A stretch of DNA of 64,000 nucleotides from an uncultured Nitrososphaerota archaeon (GTDB lineage: Archaea > Thermoproteota > Nitrososphaeria > Nitrososphaerales > Gagatemarchaeaceae), in assembly GCA_963703285.1 (NCBI GenBank), contig OY969807.1, forward strand, positions 1,760,001 through 1,824,000. Reading direction: 5' to 3'. Positions 1-10,119 of this stretch are shown here, one piece after another; within the stretch, counting starts at the first letter, position 1; each line of letters opens with the position of its first letter. The notes beneath the pieces are model-generated. The model had not been told where the DNA came from and made no database searches. It saw only the letters and a program-made list of their open reading frames with translations. A program made the translations under genes and the position numbers.

Positions 1-2
1 TG

Positions 3-254
3 ACGGGCGAGTACGAATCTTACAAAGGAATCGCGAAGGTGTCAGTGGTGAGGAAGGGCGGAATACTATTCGTGGAGTCGAAAGAAAAGCTGTCTGAACA
101 GAGCCTTGCCTTGATACCTGAAAGCGACAGACTCGAGACCTTAAAGTTCTACACCCTTGCCGGAGGGATAAGGATGCCAGCGGAGTTCGCCGTAGACTCC
201 TCGGGAAAGATAGACCTCTACACAGAAAGAAACCGATTTCACAAAATCAAGTAG
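3..254 (+). CDS. C-terminal end (5'-truncated by window) of a serine hydrolase/beta-lactamase-like peptidase, Pab87-type oligomerisation domain
   Basis: Open frame from the window edge (TGEYESYKGIAKVSVVRKGGIL...AEF...ERNRFHK) resembling the Pab87 C-terminal domain. Confidence 0.55.
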   Translation, partial: TGEYESYKGIAKVSVVRKGGILFVESKEKLSEQSLALIPESDRLETLKFYTLAGGIRMPAEFAVDSSGKIDLYTERNRFHKIK

Positions 255-444
255 TTCTACACCATGCGGGGGTATGTCTTCGTGAGCTCGAAGGGGCAAA
301 CCGTATCCCCCTCCATGACCACTACTTGCAAGCCGGATACAATCAAGGAGGAGGGCACGAAGAGGAGGATTGCAGAAGCGGCCTACGAAGGCGAATATGT
401 CAGCATGGGCCGAGCCCCGCCGGGATTCATCTCAAATGCCCCCG

Positions 445-757
445 TTACTTCTTGCCTTCGAACCCCGCTATGGCGGCGGGAAGCGTGTCGAGCACAACCC
501 CCACCCCACAAACGTGGAGGTTCAGGACCACGGCACCGAGAACTTCATCCCCTTGTCGCGCCCGCTTTCCGCGCCATGGAGGCATGGTACTTCACGCCCC
601 TAAGATTGCGGTTCGTGGTCTAGATTCCGATGTTGATCAGTTGCCTAGTCTTCGCATCTAGTCCCTTCACCGACCGCTGAGCCTCAAGGAGCTCGAGGTA
701 CTTCGAAGCTAATTCTGGAAACTCCTTGTTGAACCGATCCTGTGAGTACTCGGCCAT
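445..757 (-). pseudogene. Carboxymuconolactone decarboxylase/AhpD-family gene with an in-frame TAG and a +1 frameshift
   Basis: MAEYSQ..FPEL...GLDAKTRQLINIGI*TTNRNLRGVKYHASMARKAGAT/RDEVLGAVVLNLHVCG; TAG at 620-622 and an extra G in the GGGG run near 550. Confidence 0.75.
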
Positions 758-914
758 GGGGCGCGACGCAGGTTGTCTTCCCATAAGCTTGTCGCGTTTG
801 GCAAGATTGTAGCATAATTCCTGATACGTCCATTCCTGTATGGTCAGGTCGAAAGGGCCGTGAGTCACGGCGGTTTCCTGAGAAAAACGTTCATGGGAAA
901 GGGAGAGGCGCATC

Positions 915-1082
915 GTCCCGTCCATCGTTCCGACGCTCGGTATCTGAATCAAGTGGTCCATCACCCAGAAGCTGTCGAAACCACCCTCCTCGACACCGCG
1001 CGCCCTGGCGCTCAGCGTGTCGAAGACACCCCCTTCCCTCCCGTCGAAGGTGTAGTTCGGATGCTGTAACCCCGAATTTCAT
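915..1082 (-). pseudogene. N-terminal fragment of an LLM-class F420-dependent oxidoreductase (frameshifted, truncated)
   Basis: Removing one G near 1072 gives MKFGLQHPNYTFDG...GFDSFWVMDHLIQIPSVG; similarity ends near 915. Confidence 0.7.
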
Positions 1083-1136
1083 GCGCGGGCGCGCAGGTCA
1101 CTTTCTATAAGAGAGTGAAGATCGCCGAAGGTACCT

Positions 1137-1925
1137 ATGCCGATTCTGAGCGGAGTCACGGCCCTCGTGACAGGCGGTTCGAGCGGGCTCGGACGGGCGA
1201 TGTCGGACGCTCTGCTCCGCGCCGGCGCAGAGGTCGTTGTCACCGCCAGAGAGACCCCAAAGCTGGCAGGCGCATGCGAAGCTTGGCGCGACGAGGGCCT
1301 GAAGGTTCATCGCGTCGTGATGGATGTCAGACAACCCCAGTCCGTCGAGAGCGCTGTGAAGTGGGTCGAGGAGAACCTGCACAGGCTAGACATCCTCGTC
1401 AACAACGCCGGGATAGGGATGAGAACCGTCAACATCGAGTTCTTTACCAAGCCGAAGCCATTCTTCGAGGTACCTTTGGAGAAGTTTGAGGACCTCATCA
1501 GCACGAACCTTACGGGCTACTTCCTAGTCTCAAGCCGCTTCATGCGCATCTTCCTGAAGCAAGGACGAGGGCGCTTCGTCAACGTTTCGGTGAACCGCGA
1601 AACGATGGCAAGGAGGGGTTTTGTTCCGTATGGGCCGTCCCGGGCGGCATCGGAGGCGCTGAGCTACGTAATGGCGGAGGACCTGAGGCAGTACGGAATA
1701 ACCGTCAACATACTTTTGCCCGGAGGGAGCACTCTAACTGGCATGATTCCGGAACACGAGCGCACCCACGCAGGTCTGCTGAAGCCCGAGGTCATGGGAC
1801 CTCCAATCGTGTTTCTGGCGTCTGAGGAGGCGGAGGGGCTGACGGGACAGCGAATCGTTGCCACAGAGTTTGACCGCTGGCTCTCCACCTTTCGCGCTTC
1901 GCGCCCCAAAGAGTGGTTCCTCTGA
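1137..1925 (+). CDS. SDR family oxidoreductase
   Basis: TGGSSGLG, NNAG, YGPSR (catalytic YxxxK with K->R). Confidence 0.92.
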   Translation: MPILSGVTALVTGGSSGLGRAMSDALLRAGAEVVVTARETPKLAGACEAWRDEGLKVHRVVMDVRQPQSVESAVKWVEENLHRLDILVNNAGIGMRTVNIEFFTKPKPFFEVPLEKFEDLISTNLTGYFLVSSRFMRIFLKQGRGRFVNVSVNRETMARRGFVPYGPSRAASEALSYVMAEDLRQYGITVNILLPGGSTLTGMIPEHERTHAGLLKPEVMGPPIVFLASEEAEGLTGQRIVATEFDRWLSTFRASRPKEWFL

Positions 1926-2119
1926 ACTCTTCGTAGGAACGAAATCGATGACAGAGCGAGGAGCCGCCAATTGCGCTTGCCAACCCCATCTACGGTTCCA
2001 CCCAACAACGCCAACGGCTGACTGTCTGTGGTACGCTGATTCACAAGACCTATATCACCAATCGAATGCAAAACGTCGCCTGCTTGGAACTTGGCGGGTC
2101 ATAATGAGGGTCGAACCTC

Positions 2120-2407
2120 GTGAAGATAGGAACCGCGTCCACACGTAGGGCCATCGACAGGTGGGAGAGCAGAGCGAGGGCCGAGACGGCCAAATTTCGG
2201 TCCAAGGGGCTGGCATCGGCGGCCCGGATCATCGTATCCCGGAGGCGAGGGAGGATTCTACTCGTCTCGCTGCTTATTGTCACCCTTTCGCTGAACTTTG
2301 CTGCGGTCGAGTTGCTCGTGCTGATGGTGACGGGCTTCCTCATTGCGAAGCTCCGTTGCTATCGGTTCATCAATTCCGTGGTGAAGCTCCTGCCGTTCAC
2401 TAGATAG
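2120..2407 (+). CDS. Possible small membrane protein
   Basis: Basic N-terminus followed by a long hydrophobic stretch; no recognised family. Confidence 0.35.
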   Translation: MKIGTASTRRAIDRWESRARAETAKFRSKGLASAARIIVSRRRGRILLVSLLIVTLSLNFAAVELLVLMVTGFLIAKLRCYRFINSVVKLLPFTR

Positions 2408-2499
2408 ATAGGGAGCATCAACGTTCGGAGAAGAAAGGTCTTACCTGGAGGGGCGAAGCACGATCTTTACAGCCGCAGTCTCCCAATGCGCCCGGTAGC

Positions 2500-4206
2500 C
2501 TAGATGGCCCTCAGGGCAGGGGCTTGCAGCCTTTCGTGCTCAGCGCCATACGTAGCCGCCTTCTCCAGGTCCAGTCCTCCCTTTCTGCATACTGCGGAGA
2601 CGGCCTCCAGCATCACTCTCCCACCCAGAGCGATGAGTGCTGCCGTTCCAACTCTTGTCAGAAAGCTACCGCTGCTGTCCTTCACCGCATCCCTCGCCGC
2701 AACCTTGGCGAGATGGCGGTACGAGGCATGATAGACCGCCAATTGGGATGTGTCCATCATCTTCGGGCCGAATTTCCTGCTCTTCATCAGTCCGAGGGGA
2801 ACGTTCTGCATGGGCGTGACGGTGAACTCGAAGGGCCTGCCATCATCTAGCGTAGAGTTGCTCAGCCAGTTTATCAGGGCGACGGTCTCCCAGTTGTCCT
2901 CCGGCGTCTCGCCGGACTGTCCCACCTGGACCGTGAAGGCTGGCCTCCAGTAGTACTTGTTCATCGCATAGACACCCTGCCAGACTATCTCAGGCCAGGA
3001 ACCGTCAGGACCCATCCTTAGTGGAAGCGTCTTGTTCGGCATGTGAAGCCTCGCGAGCCTCTCGCTCCCAGTCTCGATCCCCACCTGCAGCCCTATCCAG
3101 TTGGACGGGCCCGCTCTGGCGATTATCGATAACTTCCTCACGAGGTCAGGGTAGGCCGCGGGTATGGAAATCCTCCCGTGGGTCGGGTTAGTTTGTGAAA
3201 CCCCCTTGACCGACATCACAGCCTCGAAGAGGCCAGTCAGGGCTTCGAAGTTGGGCTCGAATCTCCTGCCGTGCTGATAGGCGAAGACCTCGTCGCTGTG
3301 AAGCCAGGCGTTGGCGAAGCCTCCCTGCTTCACGTTCACCTCGATCTCCTTCTGAATTTTCTCGTAGGGGTAGTACCTGAGAGGTCTCAGAGTCACCTCG
3401 CAGAAGTCGCAGGCTATCCCACACCCCCGCATTATCTCGACCATCGACTTCGTCGTGGGCCTCCTTATCTCGGGGATTTCGTCGAGCGTCGGGGTCTGCT
3501 TGGAGAACCTCGCCCTGGTCAGGAACTTCCCGTGCTCGTTCCATGACTTGTGGAAGCTCGAGTCGAACGTCTGGAAACCAGAGAAGAGTTCCATCCCATG
3601 ACCATCCTTTGGCGACCCCCTGGCCATCTCCTCGAAGAGGTCGCATGCGATGTCATCAGCCTCCCCCTGGAAGGCGTAGTCCACACCCAGCCTGTCCAGC
3701 TCATCGGGCAGGACCGTGAACTCCCAGACTCCTGAGCCGCCTATGACAACCTTCGCCTTGGACCCGACCCTCGCTCTCGCCCTGTTTATCCTGAACATCA
3801 GTTCCTCGAACTCCCTCTTAGCCCAAGCCGTGTAGTCAGAGAAGTGGAAGAGCGTGGTGTACGACATGGTCAGGGGCCCGAGGCCAAGCGGGTCCATCGT
3901 GCTGACGGCGATGACCTCGGTTTCAGGTGTGATGAATCTCTCAATGTAGTTCTCGTGGGGCACTGCCACCTCTGTCTCTGAGAACTCTCTGAGCAAGGCG
4001 GCCTCCAGCTTCCTGACCGAATAGGGTGCGATGGCCGACTGGCCATCCTGAAGTGCAGGAGGGGGCTTCCCCTTCAAGAAGGAGTAGATGGGTCTCGGTA
4101 TCGCGATTGCAGGTGCGCAGGGCAGGAAGTCTAGCAGCGGGAAGTTCCTGTACTCGTGCGTCAGCGTCGTATCCGGCACTAGAACGTATCTCGGTCTCGT
4201 CGGCAA
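2500..4206 (-). CDS. B12-binding radical SAM protein, GDGT ring synthase (Grs)-like
   Basis: APYSVRKLEAAL, MDPLGLGP and IGGSGVW N-terminal motifs typical of Grs homologues; CxxxCxxC (RGCGIACDFC); GIETGS. Confidence 0.75.
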   Translation of the reverse strand: MPTRPRYVLVPDTTLTHEYRNFPLLDFLPCAPAIAIPRPIYSFLKGKPPPALQDGQSAIAPYSVRKLEAALLREFSETEVAVPHENYIERFITPETEVIAVSTMDPLGLGPLTMSYTTLFHFSDYTAWAKREFEELMFRINRARARVGSKAKVVIGGSGVWEFTVLPDELDRLGVDYAFQGEADDIACDLFEEMARGSPKDGHGMELFSGFQTFDSSFHKSWNEHGKFLTRARFSKQTPTLDEIPEIRRPTTKSMVEIMRGCGIACDFCEVTLRPLRYYPYEKIQKEIEVNVKQGGFANAWLHSDEVFAYQHGRRFEPNFEALTGLFEAVMSVKGVSQTNPTHGRISIPAAYPDLVRKLSIIARAGPSNWIGLQVGIETGSERLARLHMPNKTLPLRMGPDGSWPEIVWQGVYAMNKYYWRPAFTVQVGQSGETPEDNWETVALINWLSNSTLDDGRPFEFTVTPMQNVPLGLMKSRKFGPKMMDTSQLAVYHASYRHLAKVAARDAVKDSSGSFLTRVGTAALIALGGRVMLEAVSAVCRKGGLDLEKAATYGAEHERLQAPALRAI

Positions 4207-4221
4207 GCGTCTGATCGCCCT

Positions 4222-5853
4222 CTACTCCCTGTCCATCGCTTCCCTGATCAGGAAGTACGGGTTCCTTCCTCCGGTCTCCTGATAGATCACCTTGCTTGAC
4301 AGCTCCCCGAGCTCCTCTATCTCTTCCTTGGAGACCCCAGCCATGCCACCGGGGGAGGAGTACAGCCTGCGCGTCCTGGCAACCTGCTCCGGGAACCCCA
4401 GTACGTCCCTCAGGTACTCCGGGATCATCTTGAAGGTGAATTCCTGCGCGTTCAGCATCAGTTCCCGCTTCGGTCCCTTGGGCTTCCCCTCAGTGTCCCC
4501 CCTGAGCTTGCCCTTGAGCCAGTTCAGGACGTAGAACGAGTAGGTGCCGTAGAACTGGACGAGCTGTATGAGGGCGGGGTTGACCTTCGTCCTTACGACG
4601 GGCGTCGTTACGTCGTACTTGCTCCAGTCGAGCGTGAAGAGCTGGTCGTTCCGAAGAGCCTCGTTGAATATCCTCGTGCCAGGGAGGGGCGTGTATATCG
4701 TGAACTGTACCCCGTTCGCGCCCGCGTCCGCCAGGCGGTGGGAGAAGCGCACCGTCGCGATCATATCGCCGAGGCTCTCGTAGGGCGCGCCGAGCATCAT
4801 CCCGACGAGGACGATGACCCCGTTTTGGCTAAGGATTCTGACGGCCCTGACCGATTGGGGCATGAGGATCCCCTTGTGCATCCTCCTGAGCGTCTCCGGG
4901 CTCCCTGACTCGACGCCAAGGAAGGCGAGGCGCATCCCCGCCTCCGCTCCCCTCCTAATCAGCCGAGGATTCCTGGCGGTTACGTCCGCCCTCATCTGGA
5001 CGAGCCACTTGAACCTGTCGTAGCCGTTCTCTATCATGGCGTCGAAGAGGGCCATCCTCTGGTCGACGTTCGGGTAGACAACGAAGATGTCGTCGGTGAA
5101 GAATATCCAGTCGTAGCCGAGCCTTTTCGCGAGCTCAAGTTCCATGAGGATCCTCTTGTTCGACTTGTTCCTCCACCTGTGCCCCCACGTGGGAGTTACG
5201 GAGCAGAAGTCGCAGGCGTAGGGGCACCCCCTGGACGTCTCGAGGCAGACGACGCTTCCCCTGCCGAACAGCCTGGCCGTGTAGGGTTCCTTCCCGACCA
5301 GGTGGAGCGCCGGGAGCGCCAGGGAGTCAAGGTTCGGGATGAGGGCCCTGGGAGCTGTCCGGACGATGGTGGACCGTCCGTCTTCGTTCCTGTTGAAGAG
5401 GATACCGGGGATGTCTTCGAACCTGCTTCTGTCTCGCAGGGTGGTGGCTAGGTCGACTATCGTCCTGTCGCCCTCACCGAGCGCGACCACATCGAAGCCG
5501 TTCCGCAGGAGTTCGTAGGGGACGAAGGTCGCGTGGTGCCCTCCCGCGACGAGGAGGGTGTCAGGCCTTTCCTCCTTCACTCTCTTCGCAATCTCCGTCG
5601 CGGTCCCGTGGGAGGCGGTCGCGTGAATGGTGAGCCCGACGATGTCTGGGTCGTAGGTCGCCGCCTCCTTCACCACGTCCTCGACCGTCCTCTGGGAGTC
5701 AGCCTCCATGTCCAGGACCCTCACCTCAGAATCATCGAGGGTGAGCAGAGAGCCGGCGAGCTGGAGGAGGCCTAGAGGAACCGGCAGGAACCCGAACCTG
5801 GTTAGATAGGCGCTGCCCCCGGGGTTCGAGGGACGGATTAAGAGTGTCCTCAC
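4222..5853 (-). CDS. Cobalamin-dependent (class B) radical SAM protein, BchE/methyltransferase-like
   Basis: PLGLLQLAG, GGHHAT, GEGD, ETSRGCPYACDFC, FTDD, GVESGS, YTPLPGT. Confidence 0.9.
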   Translation of the reverse strand: MRTLLIRPSNPGGSAYLTRFGFLPVPLGLLQLAGSLLTLDDSEVRVLDMEADSQRTVEDVVKEAATYDPDIVGLTIHATASHGTATEIAKRVKEERPDTLLVAGGHHATFVPYELLRNGFDVVALGEGDRTIVDLATTLRDRSRFEDIPGILFNRNEDGRSTIVRTAPRALIPNLDSLALPALHLVGKEPYTARLFGRGSVVCLETSRGCPYACDFCSVTPTWGHRWRNKSNKRILMELELAKRLGYDWIFFTDDIFVVYPNVDQRMALFDAMIENGYDRFKWLVQMRADVTARNPRLIRRGAEAGMRLAFLGVESGSPETLRRMHKGILMPQSVRAVRILSQNGVIVLVGMMLGAPYESLGDMIATVRFSHRLADAGANGVQFTIYTPLPGTRIFNEALRNDQLFTLDWSKYDVTTPVVRTKVNPALIQLVQFYGTYSFYVLNWLKGKLRGDTEGKPKGPKRELMLNAQEFTFKMIPEYLRDVLGFPEQVARTRRLYSSPGGMAGVSKEEIEELGELSSKVIYQETGGRNPYFLIREAMDRE

Positions 5854-5871
5854 GCGCGGAACACCATGCCC

Positions 5872-6315
5872 TCACTCGACTGACTTGGACATTCCCTCTT
5901 GGAGCTTCGCGAGAACTCTGCGGAGCGTCTCCTTTTCGTCCTCGCTCAGTGCGCTCAAGGAGTCGTGCATGAACTTCACGTACTTCGATGACACCCTGTC
6001 TTGAACAGATTTTCCCTTTGGGGTTAGCTCTATTAGCGTCGTCCTCCGGTCCTGGTCTTGTCCGGTCCTCTTCACGAGGCCCTTTGACTCGAGCTTGTCG
6101 ACGAGCCCGGTGATGTTGGCCCGGCTGACGAACATCTTCTCGCTTATGTCCTTCATCGCGATAGGGCCGTTGGCCACGCATCTCAGGGCCTGGAACTGAG
6201 CCCGCGTTACGCCCTCGTCGCAGAGTAGTTTCTCCGACTCGCGGAGAAGCGTCTTGTAGGTCGACGTGATGGCGTCGGTCACCCCGTTAGAATTCCGAGT
6301 CTCTTCCTTCGCCAT
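5872..6315 (-). CDS. MarR family transcriptional regulator
   Basis: AQFQAL, SRANITGLVDKLESKGLVKR, DRR..IELTPKG; ATG at 6315 preferred as start. Confidence 0.92.
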   Translation of the reverse strand: MAKEETRNSNGVTDAITSTYKTLLRESEKLLCDEGVTRAQFQALRCVANGPIAMKDISEKMFVSRANITGLVDKLESKGLVKRTGQDQDRRTTLIELTPKGKSVQDRVSSKYVKFMHDSLSALSEDEKETLRRVLAKLQEGMSKSVE

Positions 6316-6331
6316 GGTATGAGAGGAACTG

Positions 6332-6360
6332 GTTAACGTATAAATACTTAACTTCTTAAC
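6332..6360. promoter_or_regulatory. Divergent marR/MFS promoter with a near-palindromic putative MarR operator overlapping the TATA box
   Basis: GTTAAcGTATAAATACTTAAC plus a further TTAAC copy. Confidence 0.55.
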
Positions 6361-6431
6361 TGCATCGGCGCGATACGATGGTCTGCTGCCGAAGGTCACG
6401 GGCCCTTTCGAAGAACAGACGGCGAGCCTGA

Positions 6432-8261
6432 ATGGTTCGGTACAAGTGGGTCGCGCTCTCCAACACCACCCTCGGGGTGCTGATGGCCTCGATCAACTCG
6501 AGCATAGTTCTGATATCTCTGCCGGCCATCTTCCGGGGCATCGACATAGATCCCCTCACCTCGTTCCAGTATCTCCTCTGGGTCCTCTTCGGCTACATGG
6601 TTGTGACGGCCTCGCTCCTTGTGATGTTCGGAAGGATTTCGGACATGTATGGCAGGGTGAGGCTCTACAACCTCGGCTTCGCCATCTTCACGGCCGGCTC
6701 CATACTGCTTTACCTGACCCCCAACACCGGGGACCTCGGCGCCCAGGAGCTCATCGTATTCAGGATCATCCAGGGATTGGGAGCCGCTTTCCTCTTCGCG
6801 AACAGCGCGGCCATAATTACGGACGCGTTCCCATACAACGAACGCGGGAAGGCCCTGGGGATCAACCAGGTTGCTGCGCTCGTCGGCTCCCTCGGGGGGC
6901 TCATCCTGGGAGGGGTGCTTTCTGTGTTTGCCTGGCGGGACGTCTTCCTGGTCAGCGTGCCGGTCGGGATCTTCGGCACCGCTTGGTCCTACTGGAAGCT
7001 CAAGGAGATAGCGACGATAAGGAAAGGACAGAAGCTGGACATCTGGGGCAACGTCACCTGGGGCGCTGGGCTCACCATTTTGCTCATTGCCGCCACCTAT
7101 GGCCTCCTGCCATACGGAAGCTCGACCATGGGTTGGGGCAATCCCTGGGTCATAGCCGCGCTCGTCGCCGGGGTCGCTCTGCTGGCCGCCTTTCCATTCA
7201 TAGAGACCAGGGTCGAGGAGCCGATGTTCAGGCTCGGCCTGTTCAAGAACAGGATGTTCTCGGCCGCCAACTTCGCGGGCTTTCTGGCCTCCGTAGGGAG
7301 GGGAGGGGTCATGCTGATGCTGATCATACTCCTGCAGGGGATCTGGCTGCCGCTTCACGGGATCAGCTATCAGAACACTCCGTTCTGGGCCGGGATCTAC
7401 ATGATTCCGATGCTCGCGGGATTCGCGGTGATGGGCCCTATAAGCGGCTGGCTCTCTGACAGGTACGGTGCACGGGGCTTTTCGACCCTCGGCATGGTTA
7501 TAGTCGGCGTCATGTTTTACGCCCTTGCGGCTCTCCCGTACGACTTCTCATATCTTCCCTTCGCCGTGATCCTCTTCGTCATGGGGATAGGGAGCGGAAT
7601 GTTCGCTTCTCCGAACACGGCATCGATTATGAACTCCGTCCCCGAGGAACACCGGGGCGCCGCTTCGGGGATGCGCGCCACGCTGCAGAACACAGGCTCC
7701 ATCGCCAGCATGATGCTGTTCTTTACAATAGTCATCAGCTCGCTCGCCGGCAGCCTCCCCACTGCGTTCGTCTCCGCCTTCACGAGCGCCGGGTTGCCGC
7801 AGCTGGGGGCCGCGTTCGCCCAGGTCCCGCCCACGGGGGCTCTTTTCTCGGCCTTCCTTGGCTACAACCCCGTCGCGAGCATCATCACCCAGCTCCAGAA
7901 CAGCCCCCAGACGGCGCAACTGGTGGCGTCCATACCGGAGCAGACGATGAGCTACATCACCGGGACCTCGTTCTTCCCCCACGCAATTGCACCCGCGTTC
8001 ATGACTTCGCTCGCACTTGCATTCTACATAGGGCTCGGCCTTTCCTTGGCCGCCGCAGTTTCTTCACTGCTTCGCGGGAAGGTGTACATCTACGAGAAGG
8101 AGGCCGCGATCGCGGCGGCTTCTGGAACTCCCGTGCCGGTCACGGCTCCGGCGAGGGACGGGCCCAGCCCAACTTCCCAAGCAACAAACGCGGAACAGTC
8201 AGATCCGCTGGTGGGAAGCCTCGGCATTGTTTCTCAAGAAGAGAAGGAAGAAGGCAAATAG
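6432..8261 (+). CDS. MFS drug/H+ antiporter (DHA2, EmrB/QacA-like)
   Basis: About 14 TM segments; GRISDMYGR motif A; RIIQGLGAA; ERGKALG. Confidence 0.93.
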   Translation: MVRYKWVALSNTTLGVLMASINSSIVLISLPAIFRGIDIDPLTSFQYLLWVLFGYMVVTASLLVMFGRISDMYGRVRLYNLGFAIFTAGSILLYLTPNTGDLGAQELIVFRIIQGLGAAFLFANSAAIITDAFPYNERGKALGINQVAALVGSLGGLILGGVLSVFAWRDVFLVSVPVGIFGTAWSYWKLKEIATIRKGQKLDIWGNVTWGAGLTILLIAATYGLLPYGSSTMGWGNPWVIAALVAGVALLAAFPFIETRVEEPMFRLGLFKNRMFSAANFAGFLASVGRGGVMLMLIILLQGIWLPLHGISYQNTPFWAGIYMIPMLAGFAVMGPISGWLSDRYGARGFSTLGMVIVGVMFYALAALPYDFSYLPFAVILFVMGIGSGMFASPNTASIMNSVPEEHRGAASGMRATLQNTGSIASMMLFFTIVISSLAGSLPTAFVSAFTSAGLPQLGAAFAQVPPTGALFSAFLGYNPVASIITQLQNSPQTAQLVASIPEQTMSYITGTSFFPHAIAPAFMTSLALAFYIGLGLSLAAAVSSLLRGKVYIYEKEAAIAAASGTPVPVTAPARDGPSPTSQATNAEQSDPLVGSLGIVSQEEKEEGK

Positions 8262-8548
8262 GCGGCTAGTAGTGTACCGTCGGGTAAATTCGCGACTTCC
8301 TATGAATGAATCCACCGCGTACGATGGCGTATCCCGACTGATTGTCCGTGGCTTGGAACTCGTGTCCGAGCGGGCATTGCATTTGCATTGATTTCTATCC
8401 AGAGCAGGGGTTGGACCTGTTAAAGTGAGTGCAGATCGATTGCGACAAAGAGTACTCTATCGTTCATGCCCTTTGAATTGACGTGTTTCTTCATTAATCT
8501 CGGTCATGGTGTCAGTTCAGTTAACAGCCTTGAGCGCGACCCTTTAAG

Positions 8549-8986
8549 TTACCAGAACCGCAAGGGGCCTTGCAGCCTTGCTATCTGGGTGGATACAGTG
8601 TCCACGTATTCTTTCAGGGTGGCAATCACCGTCTTGGACGTTATCACACCGATCACCTTTCCATCCCGAAGAACGAGAACCCTCCTGATTCCCCTCTCTG
8701 CCATGAACTGAGACACCTGCTCGATCCCCCAGTCGGCGTCCACGGTTACCAAGTTCACGCTCATCACTTCCTTCAGCTTCACATTCGCTGGATCTTTGCC
8801 TTCAGCGGCTATCTTCGAGATGTAGTCCCACTCTGTCACTATTCCAATCGGTTTGCCTTCCCCCGAGGCTATGACGACAAACCCATGCTTCCTCTCTCTC
8901 ATGAGCTTCGCGGCTTCGAACGCATTCACGTCTTCACTCACCGAGATGAAATCCTTCTCTACGATGTCCCTGGCGAAGAGCACCAT
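8549..8986 (-). CDS. CBS domain-containing protein
   Basis: Tandem CBS motifs (PIGIVTEWD, VIGVITSK); start ATG at 8986. Confidence 0.85.
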   Translation of the reverse strand: MVLFARDIVEKDFISVSEDVNAFEAAKLMRERKHGFVVIASGEGKPIGIVTEWDYISKIAAEGKDPANVKLKEVMSVNLVTVDADWGIEQVSQFMAERGIRRVLVLRDGKVIGVITSKTVIATLKEYVDTVSTQIARLQGPLRFW

Positions 8987-9657
8987 GAAATCATCCCTCC
9001 CGCCCTGGTACCTTCCAGGGAGATTATAATCTCGAGCCTGATCACCCTCTTCAGCTTTGCAAGTTTGACGATCGGTGTCCTGAGCTCCATCCAGAGTGTG
9101 ATTGCCAGCATGATGTTGGCTAGAACCCACATGCTGTACTGGATGACGGACAGCATCGGGTAGAACAGTCGGACCGTATAGTTCGTGCTCGTGGTCTTCG
9201 CTTTGACCTGGTTCTGCACCGCGTATCCGGTCTCGATTCCCCATCTTCTCCTGTACTCGTCGGGTATCTGAGGGAAGAGCCTGAACGCCTCCCGGTACCA
9301 CGTGTTCGTGGCGAAGACGATGTACCTCTCGTGGACTGGGTCCATCTCCTTGGCTCCCTTCCCGGGATAAATCTTCGGCCCGAAGAACGCCTGCTGCTCG
9401 AATGCGTTCCTGATGGAGAACTTGACCATGCTCGGGATCATGCCGTTGTGATGCTCCTCTATCGCCCGCTTGATCCGATCGTTCTTTATCGCTGGCCTCA
9501 GATACCTCACCCCGAGCTCGTCCGGCTTGTTCATCACGTCCACGGAGTAGAATCCTCTGTCGATAAGGAGAACCCATATCCTGACCCCTCTTTCTTTCGC
9601 AGCCCTGACGAGCCCCTCGACTGTCGAGGCGTGGATCAGGATAGTGGTGGGAACGCG
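8959..9657 (-). mobile_element. Truncated ISH3-family (IS4-like DDE) transposase remnant; 3' end overlaps the CBS gene start
   Basis: LLIDRGFYS, VFATN, YRRRWGIETGY, KTTSTNYTVRLFY; N-terminal half missing. Confidence 0.8.
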
Positions 9658-10119
9658 TTACCGCACAATTCTTCCCCTGTTCGCTTCAGCAATTCCCAGA
9701 TGGTCTTTGTTGACCTGCGGACACAGGAGACGCTCACGTTCAACGAATTTTATCAGGCCTGCCGTGAACTGAGTTCTCTTGTAATCGCATTTGGGGTCAT
9801 TAGGGCTCATTTCGAATTGGTGCTGTGGAGAAGGAGATTGGCCTATTACGGGCGGCTCACGAATAGCCTCTGAATTACCCACCATGACTAAGAAGGATGA
9901 GGTCATGTGTCACGCAGCGCGGCCCGAGAAAGCATCGTAGTCGCGGATCGGTCGGATTGAAGCATTTCGTATCCCCTCCCAGCAGCATTAACGCAACTTA
10001 TACCCCCGGTCCCTAAATCGCCTAATATGAGTCTTTTAGGGATAAAATAGGGTCAATATAAGGTTAATTGGGCTAAAGACAGCAAGAAGGAAGCCGGATG
10101 ACCAAGACGAATCTGAGGA

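Noticed and set aside
8549-9577. 342-aa ORF suggesting a novel CBS fusion
   Set aside because: The N-terminal part is an alternative frame of the transposase remnant; the CBS gene starts at 8986
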